Positions 39,255-48,243 of a stretch of 64,000 bases of DNA are shown piece by piece. The position numbers and the translations under genes were made by a program. The notes beneath the pieces are model-generated. The model did no database searches and was not told where the DNA came from. It saw only the letters and a list, made by a program, of their open reading frames with translations. The DNA comes from Rikenella microfusus (GTDB lineage Bacteria > Bacteroidota > Bacteroidia > Bacteroidales > VadinHA17), in contig DYKN01000004.1 of assembly GCA_020722575.1 (NCBI GenBank), positions 37,364 to 101,363 of the forward strand. The letters are read 5' to 3'. How positions within the stretch are numbered: the stretch's first letter is position 1; each line of letters starts with the position of its first letter.

Positions 39255-39274
39255 AAAGAATGGACTTAGCATTT

Positions 39275-39282
39275 CAAACTTA
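39275..39282 (-). promoter_or_regulatory. Candidate -7 box (TAAGTTTG on the minus strand) for the polyprenyl synthase gene
   Basis: The plus strand reads CAAACTTA. It is too close to the ATG at 39272, which favours the ATG at 39254. Confidence 0.3.
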
Positions 39283-39497
39283 CAAAAAAAATCAATGGTT
39301 CTTTATCTTTTCTTTCAAGCATGCAATGTTGAATAAAAAATTATGATTTAAATTGAAGAAAGAAAATTCCATGTCTTTGAATTTGCTGGAAAAAAGAAGA
39401 ATTTTTTGTTCCAGAAAAGATTAAATGCTGGAATTTTTTATATTGAAATAGCATTATATTAAGCTGTTTCCTTATAAAGGGAAATTGAAAAGAAGTA

Positions 39498-40121
39498 TTA
39501 ATGTAAATTCCGGAACATTTTTTTCTGAAAGAGTATTATCGACAATACACCACAAGTAATGGCAGCATCGGCCAGATTGAATACCGGGCGGAAGAAAATT
39601 AACTGTTGGCCTGGTTTGAATGGAGACCATTCAGGCCAGGTCGTGTTAATTATAGGGAAATAAAACATATCAACTACCTTACCCAGAAGAAATGATGAAT
39701 AACCTCCACCTTCTGGAAACAGTATTGCCGTTTTTTCAAAAGTACTTTCACTGAATATTATGCCATAGAATGCACTGTCGATCAGGTTTCCAGCAGCACC
39801 AGCAAGAATTGCACTTACAGCAAGTATTAAACCAGTGTATGCGTTTTTTCTGACAAGTTTATAAAGATACCAGCTTATTACAGCTATAGCAATGATTCTG
39901 AAAATGCTTAAAATAATTTTACCAGCTGTTCCCCCCATCTCAATGCCAAAGGCCATGCCGTTGTTTTCAATAAAATGGAGCATTCCATATTTGCCAATCA
40001 ATGGTATCTCCTGACCCAGGACCATTTGGGTTTTTACCCATAATTTAAGTGATTGGTCGAATATAATAATCAGAAAAATAAAAAGTAAAGCTTTTTTGCC
40101 AGCACTTATTTTCATACTCAA
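39498..40121 (-). CDS. lspA: Lipoprotein signal peptidase II
   Basis: Four TM helices with the conserved ENNGMAFG and FNLADAAI motifs. Confidence 0.85.
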   Translation of the reverse strand: MSMKISAGKKALLFIFLIIIFDQSLKLWVKTQMVLGQEIPLIGKYGMLHFIENNGMAFGIEMGGTAGKIILSIFRIIAIAVISWYLYKLVRKNAYTGLILAVSAILAGAAGNLIDSAFYGIIFSESTFEKTAILFPEGGGYSSFLLGKVVDMFYFPIINTTWPEWSPFKPGQQLIFFRPVFNLADAAITCGVLSIILFQKKMFRNLH

Positions 40122-40191
40122 AAATTAATGGCGCAAAATTGTGAAAAAGAAATGATAAATCATTATTTTTATATGCTAATCAGATAGATTT

Positions 40192-41448
40192 ATGAGGTCG
40201 CGCGATTTAGTTCTTGAGGCAATTAATCACCGGGATCCCGGAAAAATTCCTGTTGATCTTGGAAGTACAGGTGTTACAGGAATACATGTAAGAGCTGTTG
40301 AAAACCTTAGAAAATATTATGGACTTGAATATAAGCCGGTAAAGGTGATAGAACCCTTTCAGATGCTCGGTGAGGTTGATGAAGAGCTTGCGAATATAAT
40401 AGGAACTGACGTGCAGGGAATATTTGGAAACAAAGACATGTTTGGAATCAGTCAACAAAGTGGATGGAAAGAATTTCGAACTTTCTGGGGACAGGTTGTT
40501 CTTTTTCCGGAAGGTTTCAACACCACATATGGTGAAGATGGTTCATTGCTAATTTACCCTGAGGGAGATACATCTGTTCCTCCGTGTGCAAAAATGCCCC
40601 GTGAGGGATTTTTTTTCGATGCTATTATCAGACAGGAACCTATTGATGAGGACTCTCTTAATCCTGAAAATAATCTTCAGGAATTCGGATTTCTATCGGA
40701 TGAAGATTTAAATTACTGGCGAAATGAATTTGAAAAGGCACGCAATAGTGACAAGGCAATAATTACAAATTTTGGTGGAACTGCAATTGGGGATATTGCA
40801 TTGGTACCTGGACTGAACCTTAAACATCCCCGTGGAATAAGAGATGTAACTGAATGGTATATTTCTACTGTTGCACGCCAGGATTATCTGCATGCTGTTT
40901 TTGAAAGACAAACGGATATCGCCATCAAAAATCTGGAGAAAATTTACCAGAACGGAGGAGATGCAGTTGATGTTGTTTTTCTTTGCGGTACGGATTTCGG
41001 TACTCAAACATCAAGATTTTGCAGTGTAGAGCTTTTTAAATCACTTTATGCTCCTTACTACAAAAAAATGAACGATTGGATTCATACAAACACTCCATGG
41101 AAAACGTTTAAACATTCATGTGGTGCTGTGGAACCGCTAATAAAAGAATTTATTAATTGTGGTTTTGACATACTTAATCCGGTACAGATCAATGCAGCAG
41201 GAATGGATCCGGTCAGACTTAAAAAAGAATATGGCAACCACATTGTTTTCTGGGGGGGTGGTGTTGATACTCAGCGAGTACTGGCTTTTAGTACTGTTGA
41301 GGAAGTGAAAAAACAGGTGATTGAAAATTGCCGCATCTTTGGTAAAGGAGGCGGTTTTGTTTTCAATACAGTTCATAATATCCAGGCAAATGTTCCCGTT
41401 GAGAACATTGTGGCAATGATAGAAACTTTGAAGGAAATTAATAGATAA
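40192..41448 (+). CDS. Uroporphyrinogen decarboxylase (URO-D/MtaA-like) family protein
   Basis: 418 aa. General resemblance to the URO-D TIM-barrel family as I remember it. No corrinoid-protein partner is adjacent. Confidence 0.5.
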   Translation: MRSRDLVLEAINHRDPGKIPVDLGSTGVTGIHVRAVENLRKYYGLEYKPVKVIEPFQMLGEVDEELANIIGTDVQGIFGNKDMFGISQQSGWKEFRTFWGQVVLFPEGFNTTYGEDGSLLIYPEGDTSVPPCAKMPREGFFFDAIIRQEPIDEDSLNPENNLQEFGFLSDEDLNYWRNEFEKARNSDKAIITNFGGTAIGDIALVPGLNLKHPRGIRDVTEWYISTVARQDYLHAVFERQTDIAIKNLEKIYQNGGDAVDVVFLCGTDFGTQTSRFCSVELFKSLYAPYYKKMNDWIHTNTPWKTFKHSCGAVEPLIKEFINCGFDILNPVQINAAGMDPVRLKKEYGNHIVFWGGGVDTQRVLAFSTVEEVKKQVIENCRIFGKGGGFVFNTVHNIQANVPVENIVAMIETLKEINR

Positions 41449-41484
41449 AACTATATTTATCAGGTGTATGAGTAAATAATTTAT

Positions 41485-42315
41485 TTACTGCAAGCACTCT
41501 GTATCATTCCCGTTTTCATCCCAGCAATGCCAGTTGCTGTCACCAAAAAAATCAGGAGCCTTAATTCTTCCGAAATGTCCTGTTGTACTCCATTCGATAT
41601 TTACATTAACAAATCTGTTAAGCGATTCTTCTTCAAATAGGTAAACATTGTAAAATGCATCCAGATTCCCTGTTGTCAAACCATATTCAATATAGCTGTT
41701 TTTGAGAGGAGAATCTTCTTTAATATAAGTGTATTTGACAAAACCAACTTTTGTATCAGTTATTTCCCAGTCGATACGAAGGAATGGCACCTGTTCTTGA
41801 TGGCTTTTGTAAAGAATCCAGTACCCGCTTTTACCATCGGTGGCAGATGAACCTTCAAACCACATAAATTCAGCGAAACCACCAACACCTTCACGTGTAA
41901 TGTACATTTCCCATTTTACTTCTGAAGAGGTAATTTGTCCTGTAAGCCTGGCAATATACGTAGCTGCAAGTACATCAACACTATACTTCCATTGCCATTT
42001 TTTATTGTCAAGATAAACAGGCTTGGTATTTACCGCTTTCTGAAATGCGGCAATTGGAATAGCTAGATTTACAGCAATAAGTGTATTCCACACACCTGCA
42101 ATACTTGCCGCTACACTCCAGTTAAGATTGGGTATGTCTTTTAGACCTTTTGAAAATTCAGTAACTGACGAAGATTTTGTAGCACTTATGAAATTACCGA
42201 AATCAATTAGCATTGTCTCGGATGGAGGCAGAATGGGAGGATCACCTTTTCTTTCACAACCAGGAAAAATTGAAAGGAGAATCAGTAAAATCAATATTGA
42301 AACCGTTTTTTTCAT
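41485..42315 (-). CDS. Lipoprotein of unknown function
   Basis: The internal ATG (complement of 42313-42315) gives MKKTVSILILLILLSIFPGC with a lipobox. I recognise no other motif. Confidence 0.45.
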   Translation of the reverse strand: MKKTVSILILLILLSIFPGCERKGDPPILPPSETMLIDFGNFISATKSSSVTEFSKGLKDIPNLNWSVAASIAGVWNTLIAVNLAIPIAAFQKAVNTKPVYLDNKKWQWKYSVDVLAATYIARLTGQITSSEVKWEMYITREGVGGFAEFMWFEGSSATDGKSGYWILYKSHQEQVPFLRIDWEITDTKVGFVKYTYIKEDSPLKNSYIEYGLTTGNLDAFYNVYLFEEESLNRFVNVNIEWSTTGHFGRIKAPDFFGDSNWHCWDENGNDTECLQ

Positions 42316-42392
42316 TTTTGTTGATTTTTTTAATAATAAAACGGAATGAACAATTTTTTTAGTATATTGTTGTACTATAAAATTTAACACGA

Positions 42393-43124
42393 ATGGACAG
42401 AAGAAATTTTATTAAATCAGCCGGAGCCGGAACATTGTCATTCGTTTTCATTGGGAAGGCCGCTGGCACAGGTATAATTAAAAACAACAATGCTATGGAA
42501 CAGAACAATTCAAACAAGATTTTATTTCCCGATTTGCCTTATGCGTATGATGCACTTGAGCCATGGATTGATGCAAGGACTATGGAAATCCACTACGACA
42601 AGCATCACAGGGCATACTTTAACAACTTTGTTAATGCGATAAAAGGCACTTCTGCAGAAAATCTTTCTGCCGAGAAGATTTTTGAATCAGTTTCTTCGTA
42701 TTCTGAAGCGGTCAGGAATAATGGTGGAGGATATTACAATCATATCCTTTTCTGGAATAATATGGCAAAAGGGCTTTCAACGCCCTCATCTGAAATGGTT
42801 AAGGTTCTTGAAGGGACCTTTGGTTCATTTGAAAAATTTAAAGAGCTTTTCAGTACAGCTGCCAAAACACGTTTTGGGAGCGGCTGGGCATGGCTATATA
42901 TGGCTCCAGGAAAGAAACTTGCAATAGGTAGTTCTCCAAATCAGGATAACCCTCTAATGGATATCTCACAAATAAAAGGTATACCGTTACTGACTATTGA
43001 TGTCTGGGAACATGCTTATTATTTGAAATACCAGAACAGAAGGCCGGAATATGTTGACAATTTTTGGAATGTTGTAAATTGGAAGGAAGTTGAGGCCCGT
43101 TATAGAAATGCATTATCATTATAA
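42393..43124 (+). CDS. Fe/Mn superoxide dismutase with twin-arginine signal
   Basis: Tat motif MDRRNFIKSAGAG. SOD metal-ligand regions EIHYDKHHRAY and DVWEHAYYL. Confidence 0.9.
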   Translation: MDRRNFIKSAGAGTLSFVFIGKAAGTGIIKNNNAMEQNNSNKILFPDLPYAYDALEPWIDARTMEIHYDKHHRAYFNNFVNAIKGTSAENLSAEKIFESVSSYSEAVRNNGGGYYNHILFWNNMAKGLSTPSSEMVKVLEGTFGSFEKFKELFSTAAKTRFGSGWAWLYMAPGKKLAIGSSPNQDNPLMDISQIKGIPLLTIDVWEHAYYLKYQNRRPEYVDNFWNVVNWKEVEARYRNALSL

Positions 43125-43159
43125 CCGGATATTTTGTGTGAGTTAAACTATCTGGTTTT

Positions 43160-43185
43160 AAAGCCCCCTTAAAAGAGGCTTTTTT
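43160..43185. terminator. Weak candidate bidirectional terminator between sod (+) and the acyl-CoA ligase gene (-)
   Basis: AAAGCC (43160-43165) pairs with GGCTTT (43177-43182). It is flanked by an A-run upstream and a T-run downstream. Only 3 G-C pairs, so stability is low. Confidence 0.3.
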
Positions 43186-43186
43186 A

Positions 43187-44833
43187 TTACCGGTAAAGAT
43201 ATCTTTTTATTTTTTGTGTTGCTGTTTTTTCAAAAGGTTCTGGCTGGTAAATAACCTTGCTTACTCTGCTGAATTTATTAACCCTTATATTGACATATTC
43301 CTGAATCTCATAAAGTAATTCATCTTTTTTCTCTTCAATATATTTTGTGGTTTCATCTTTTAAATAATTGTACTTTTTCTCAATATCCTCAAGGTTCAGA
43401 TGAACAAAGGCCACGAGTTTTCCTTTCTGTTCAATAACAAGTGATTCGATAACATTTTTAAAACTATTTATGACTGATTCGATTTCTTCAGGATAAATAT
43501 TTTCTCCGTTTGATCCAACGATTACATTTTTTGCCCGGCCTTTAATGAACAGATTATTTTTTTTGTCGAAAACACCGAGGTCACCTGTTTTGAACCATCC
43601 GTCGGGAGTAATTACTTCAGCGGTAAGTTCTGGATCCTTAAAATAACCCAGCATCACATTGGGGCCCTTTGCCCATATTTCACCTTCCCCTGTAACAGGA
43701 TCAGGATTATGAATTTTCAGTTCAACACCACTAATTGCAGGTCCGGTTGATTCAAGGACAGAGCCTGCGGGTCCTGTTCCTGCTAATAGAGGGGAAGTTT
43801 CAGTAAGTCCGTAACCTATTGCATATGGGAAACCGGCCTCCATAAGAAATTTTTCAACAATGGAATTGAGTTTAGCTCCTCCTATGCCATAAAACCTTAA
43901 TTTCCCTCCAAAAGTATTGAGCAACTTTTTCCCGGTGACTCTGTTGAATAGTTTTCTGAATAAAGAAATATTATAAAGTAACCTGATGAAAAATTTGTTA
44001 CGAATTGCTGGGAGAATTTTATTAAAATATATTTTCTCGATAATCAGTGGTACTGTAAGCATGGCAGTGGGCCTAACCTCTTTAAGAGCTGGTAAAAGGA
44101 CCGCCGGTGTCGGAGGTTTTTTAAGATAGTAAATACAAGATCCGCTTAGCATAGGGAGTATTAAACCAAGGGTGTTTTCATATGTATGCGATAACGGAAG
44201 AACTGAAAGGAACCTGTCCTTCTCATCAAGATAGTGGATTTTTCTACCAGCCAGTGCTGTAAAGGTTATATTACTGTGTGATAGCATTACACCTTTTGAC
44301 TTACCTGTTGTTCCGGATGTATAAATTATTGAAGCAATATCGGAACCACTAACATTATATTCTTTCTCAGGATTACTGTTTTCTCGAAATGAAATAAAAT
44401 CACCTTTCATTCTCAAAGATGAAAAATCCTCCATCTGGATTATTACTGAAGGGAAATCGGGATCCAGATTTTCAATTTTCGGAATAATTGAAGAAGAAAT
44501 AATTAAAAGTTTTGATTCGGAATGTTTTATAACATTAAAGATTTCTTCCTTTGTGAAGTCTGGCAAAATAGGTACAGCAATCGCACCCATAAAGGTAACA
44601 GCATAAAAAGAAATTCCCCAGTTAGGCATATTATTGCCAAGAATGGCTACTTTATCTCCTGGATTAATGTTGTTGCGTTCTAGAAAAGCAATCAGAGAGT
44701 TTATTTTGTGATAAACTTCGTTGTAGGTTAATGGTTTTTCACCTGCAAAAGCCAGTGCATTTTGATTTCCGTGTTTTTCAAGTGTTTTGAGAAACAATGA
44801 CGGAATTGTGGGATAATTGTTTGAGAATAACAT
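43187..44833 (-). CDS. Long-chain fatty acid-CoA ligase (AMP-binding family)
   Basis: AMP-binding signature IIYTSGTTGKSKGV, plus GYGLTETS and GWFKTGDLG. Confidence 0.85.
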   Translation of the reverse strand: MLFSNNYPTIPSLFLKTLEKHGNQNALAFAGEKPLTYNEVYHKINSLIAFLERNNINPGDKVAILGNNMPNWGISFYAVTFMGAIAVPILPDFTKEEIFNVIKHSESKLLIISSSIIPKIENLDPDFPSVIIQMEDFSSLRMKGDFISFRENSNPEKEYNVSGSDIASIIYTSGTTGKSKGVMLSHSNITFTALAGRKIHYLDEKDRFLSVLPLSHTYENTLGLILPMLSGSCIYYLKKPPTPAVLLPALKEVRPTAMLTVPLIIEKIYFNKILPAIRNKFFIRLLYNISLFRKLFNRVTGKKLLNTFGGKLRFYGIGGAKLNSIVEKFLMEAGFPYAIGYGLTETSPLLAGTGPAGSVLESTGPAISGVELKIHNPDPVTGEGEIWAKGPNVMLGYFKDPELTAEVITPDGWFKTGDLGVFDKKNNLFIKGRAKNVIVGSNGENIYPEEIESVINSFKNVIESLVIEQKGKLVAFVHLNLEDIEKKYNYLKDETTKYIEEKKDELLYEIQEYVNIRVNKFSRVSKVIYQPEPFEKTATQKIKRYLYR

Positions 44834-44952
44834 TGAGTAAATATAGTTGTAAAGATACTACTTATTCTTTGAAATTTTAATGAAAGATAATAATTATTTG
44901 TCTTGATTATCAGAAAGTCAAGGGTAAGATTCTATTCTTTCAGTATATTCAT

Positions 44953-44960
44953 TATTTTTG
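44953..44960 (+). promoter_or_regulatory. Candidate -7 box (TATTTTTG) for queD-polA
   Basis: Matches TAnnTTTG, 23 nt upstream of the ATG at 44983. Confidence 0.35.
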
Positions 44961-44982
44961 TAATATTAAACTATTCTATTAT

Positions 44983-45435
44983 ATGGGAACCCTGATCAGA
45001 ATTACACGGGAATTTTCTTTTGAAATGGCTCATGTACTTGATTGCTACAACGGGCTTTGCCGGAATCTTCACGGGCATTCATATAAGCTTTTTGTAACAG
45101 TTGCAGGGGTACCTGTTAATGACAGAACTCTTTCTATGAATGGAATGGTTATGGATTTTTCAGACCTGAAGAAGTTAGTAAATGAAAAGATTATTAAAAT
45201 ATTTGATCATTCGGTGGTAGTGAGTCGTGATTTTGAAAGGTCAAATCATGAATTTCTGAGCAGGGCATCCACCAATATGGTTGTAATGGATAATCAGCCA
45301 ACCTGTGAGAACCTTGTAGCAGATTTTGCATCGAGGCTTCAAAACTGCCTGCCTCAAGGAATTAAACTTTATTCACTGAGGCTTTATGAGACTTCAAAAT
45401 CTTATGCAGAATGGTATGCATCCGATAATCTATAA
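44983..45435 (+). CDS. queD: 6-carboxytetrahydropterin synthase / 6-pyruvoyl-tetrahydropterin synthase family
   Basis: 150 aa with FEMAHVL and CRNLHGHSYKL, the zinc and catalytic motifs of the PTPS/QueD family. Confidence 0.8.
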   Translation: MGTLIRITREFSFEMAHVLDCYNGLCRNLHGHSYKLFVTVAGVPVNDRTLSMNGMVMDFSDLKKLVNEKIIKIFDHSVVVSRDFERSNHEFLSRASTNMVVMDNQPTCENLVADFASRLQNCLPQGIKLYSLRLYETSKSYAEWYASDNL

Positions 45436-45443
45436 TTGTTAAA

Positions 45444-48242
45444 ATGACTGATACAACTGAAAAGAAACTTTTTCTTCTTGATGCATATGCATTGATATTC
45501 AGGGCTTACTATGCTTTTATAAGAAATCCGAGGGTTACGTCAAAAGGATTTAATACTTCAGCAATTTTTGGTTTTCTTCTGGCGCTTGAAGAAGTTTTGC
45601 AAAAGCAAAAACCAACACATATAGCAGTGGTTTTTGACACTCCTGAACCAACCTTCAGGCACAAAATGTACAGTGAATATAAGGCGACGAGGGAAGAAAC
45701 CCCTGAGGATATTAAGAGATCAGTTCCATACATTAAAAAGTTGATTGAGGCATACCATATTCCGGTTCTCGAATGCCCGGGATATGAAGCGGATGACGTC
45801 ATTGGCACTCTGGCAATTCAGGCTTCTGAAAAAGGATTCAAAACTTTTATGATGACACCCGATAAGGATTTTGCACAGCTGGTAAAGAATAACATTTTTA
45901 TGTACAAACCTTCAAGATCTGGATCTGATTCGGTTACATGGGGTGTTGACGACATAAAAAGGGAGTTTGCAGTTGAGAAACCTGAACAGGTTATTGATAT
46001 TCTTAGCCTTACAGGCGATACTTCGGATAATATACCAGGAGCTCCGGGAATAGGACCTAAAACAGCTGCAAAGCTTATAAAGGAATTCGGAAGTATTGAA
46101 GAATTGCTTAACAACATCGAAAAACTACAGGGAAGAATCAAGGATATTATTGAAACAAATAGGGGAAAAATAGAACTTTCAAAGAAGCTGGCAACCATTG
46201 TAACAGATGCTCCGATTTTGCTTGATGAGGAAAAACTCAAAACAGAACCTCCCGATGCGGATATGCTGAAAGAACTTTTTGAAGAACTTGAATTCAGGAG
46301 CATTGCTTCAAAAATACTATCCGGAATCTCCACGCCAATGAACCATATAACTGTTCCGGATGAACCTGTTCTTTTTTCAGGTGAAGCTCAGGGTTCTCTT
46401 TTCGGTGAGGAGATTAAAGAGAGAACAAAAAAAAGAATTGATAATGTACCTCACTCCTATGTACTGGTGAATGATATCGAAGAATTGAAGAAACTGGCTG
46501 AAATGCTTTCAATTCTTAAGGAGTTTTGTTTTGACACTGAAACCACAAGCATAAATGCACTTGATTCAAAACTTGTCGCAATTGCTTTTTCCTGGAAAAA
46601 ATGGGAAGGATATCTGGTGTATTTTCCGGAGTCTGATGAAGAGACAATAAAAATTCTGGAAATTCTCAGGCCTGTTTTTGAAAACAAACAAATCAGGAAA
46701 ATCGGGCAGAACATTAAGTTCGATATTCAGGTTCTATCAAATTACGGAATTGAGGTTAAGGGCCCTCTGTTCGATACCATGATAGCCCATTACTTGATTG
46801 AACCGGATATGAGACATAATATGGACTTACTGGCTGAAACATACCTTTCGTATGTACCTGTTCCGATTGAAAACCTGATTGGAGAAAAAGGAAAGAATCA
46901 GAAGACAATGAGGTCTGTACCGGTTGAAAAAATTGTTGAATATGCTGTTGAGGATGCCGATGTTACTTACCAGTTGAAGGATCTTTTTGAACCAAGGCTG
47001 GCTGCTGAAGGGATGACAGATCTGGCTGAGAAAATTGAAATGCCGCTTATTAAGGTGCTGGCAAGTATGGAAAAGACAGGAGTGAAGATAAATGAAGATA
47101 ACCTTCGAGTAATAGCACAGGATTTAAGAGAAGATATTATTAAGCTCGAAAAGGAAATTTTTGAGCTGGCGGGTATAGAGTTTAACATTTCATCTCCGAA
47201 GCAACTCGGTGAAATTTTGTTTTTAAAACTTAAATTAGATGACAAGGCCAGGCTGACGAAAACGAAACAATTTGTAACCAATGAAGAAATTTTACAAAGG
47301 CTTACCGGCAGGCATCCTATCGTTGGTAAGGTGCTGGAATACAGAGGACTGAAAAAGCTTCTGAGTACTTACGTTGAGACTTTGCCGGATCTAATTGATA
47401 AAAAGACCGGGAGAATACATACATCATTTAACCAGGCGGTTGCAGCAACGGGGCGTCTTAGTTCAAATAATCCTAACCTGCAGAATATTCCGGTTCGAGA
47501 TGAGCGAGGTCGTGAAATTAGAAGAGCATTTGTTCCTGAAGATGGTTATTTATTTTTTTCAGCCGATTATTCTCAGATTGAACTACGCATTATGGCCCAT
47601 CTGAGTGGAGACAGAAACATGATTGAGGATTTTCTTTCAGGGCATGACATTCATGCTGCAACGGCAGCAAAAATATTCGGGGTCAACGTAAGTGAGGTTA
47701 CTCGTGAAATGAGAAGTCGTGCCAAAACAGCAAATTTTGGCATTATTTACGGTATTTCCTCATTTGGTCTTTCAGAGAGGCTTGGAATTGGGAGAAAAGA
47801 AGCCCGACAACTTATTGACGGATATTTTGCTTCTTATCCCGGAGTGAAAACTTATATGGATGAATGTATCAGGAAGGCAAGAGAGACAGGTTATGTAACA
47901 ACTTTGTTCGGGAGGAAACGATATGTGAGAGATATCAATTCACGTAACCAGGTTGTAAGAGGAAACGCTGAGAGAAATGCAATAAATGCTCCGATACAGG
48001 GCACTGCTGCAGATATTATTAAAATTGCAATGATCAAAATATATGATACAATACGTTTCAGAAAAATCAATGCCAGAATGATACTTCAGGTTCATGATGA
48101 ACTTATGTTTGAAGTTAGCCCTGAGCACATTGATTTGCTTAAAGATGTTGTAATAAGCGAGATGTCAGGGGCTGCTTCACTTAAGGTGCCTCTAAAAGTT
48201 GACTGGGGAACAGGAATGAACTGGTTGGAAGCCCATCCATAA
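45444..48242 (+). CDS. polA: DNA polymerase I
   Basis: 932 aa. N-terminal 5'-3' exonuclease, a central 3'-5' exo-like domain and the polymerase motifs RSRAKTANFGIIYGIS and LQVHDELMFE. Confidence 0.95.
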   Translation: MTDTTEKKLFLLDAYALIFRAYYAFIRNPRVTSKGFNTSAIFGFLLALEEVLQKQKPTHIAVVFDTPEPTFRHKMYSEYKATREETPEDIKRSVPYIKKLIEAYHIPVLECPGYEADDVIGTLAIQASEKGFKTFMMTPDKDFAQLVKNNIFMYKPSRSGSDSVTWGVDDIKREFAVEKPEQVIDILSLTGDTSDNIPGAPGIGPKTAAKLIKEFGSIEELLNNIEKLQGRIKDIIETNRGKIELSKKLATIVTDAPILLDEEKLKTEPPDADMLKELFEELEFRSIASKILSGISTPMNHITVPDEPVLFSGEAQGSLFGEEIKERTKKRIDNVPHSYVLVNDIEELKKLAEMLSILKEFCFDTETTSINALDSKLVAIAFSWKKWEGYLVYFPESDEETIKILEILRPVFENKQIRKIGQNIKFDIQVLSNYGIEVKGPLFDTMIAHYLIEPDMRHNMDLLAETYLSYVPVPIENLIGEKGKNQKTMRSVPVEKIVEYAVEDADVTYQLKDLFEPRLAAEGMTDLAEKIEMPLIKVLASMEKTGVKINEDNLRVIAQDLREDIIKLEKEIFELAGIEFNISSPKQLGEILFLKLKLDDKARLTKTKQFVTNEEILQRLTGRHPIVGKVLEYRGLKKLLSTYVETLPDLIDKKTGRIHTSFNQAVAATGRLSSNNPNLQNIPVRDERGREIRRAFVPEDGYLFFSADYSQIELRIMAHLSGDRNMIEDFLSGHDIHAATAAKIFGVNVSEVTREMRSRAKTANFGIIYGISSFGLSERLGIGRKEARQLIDGYFASYPGVKTYMDECIRKARETGYVTTLFGRKRYVRDINSRNQVVRGNAERNAINAPIQGTAADIIKIAMIKIYDTIRFRKINARMILQVHDELMFEVSPEHIDLLKDVVISEMSGAASLKVPLKVDWGTGMNWLEAHP

Positions 48243-48243
48243 A

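Noticed and set aside
39386-39414. Long A/T hairpin CTGGAAAAAAGAAGAATTTTTTGTTCCAG as the terminator of lspA
   Set aside because: The stem is almost entirely A-T with a mismatch, and on the minus strand (the lspA sense strand) it is not followed by a U-tract. It is too weak to call.
45818-46333. 171-aa Ser-rich antisense ORF inside polA. Similar shadow ORFs occur at 45509-45808, 46457-46714, 46967-47281, 24022-24447, 55641-55967, 53371-53709, 54382-54717, 5612-5944, 33317-33757, 33699-34019 and 40708-41007.
   Set aside because: All lie fully within, and antisense or out of frame to, genes with strong family signatures. Their low-complexity S/I/F/L-rich composition is typical of non-coding frames.
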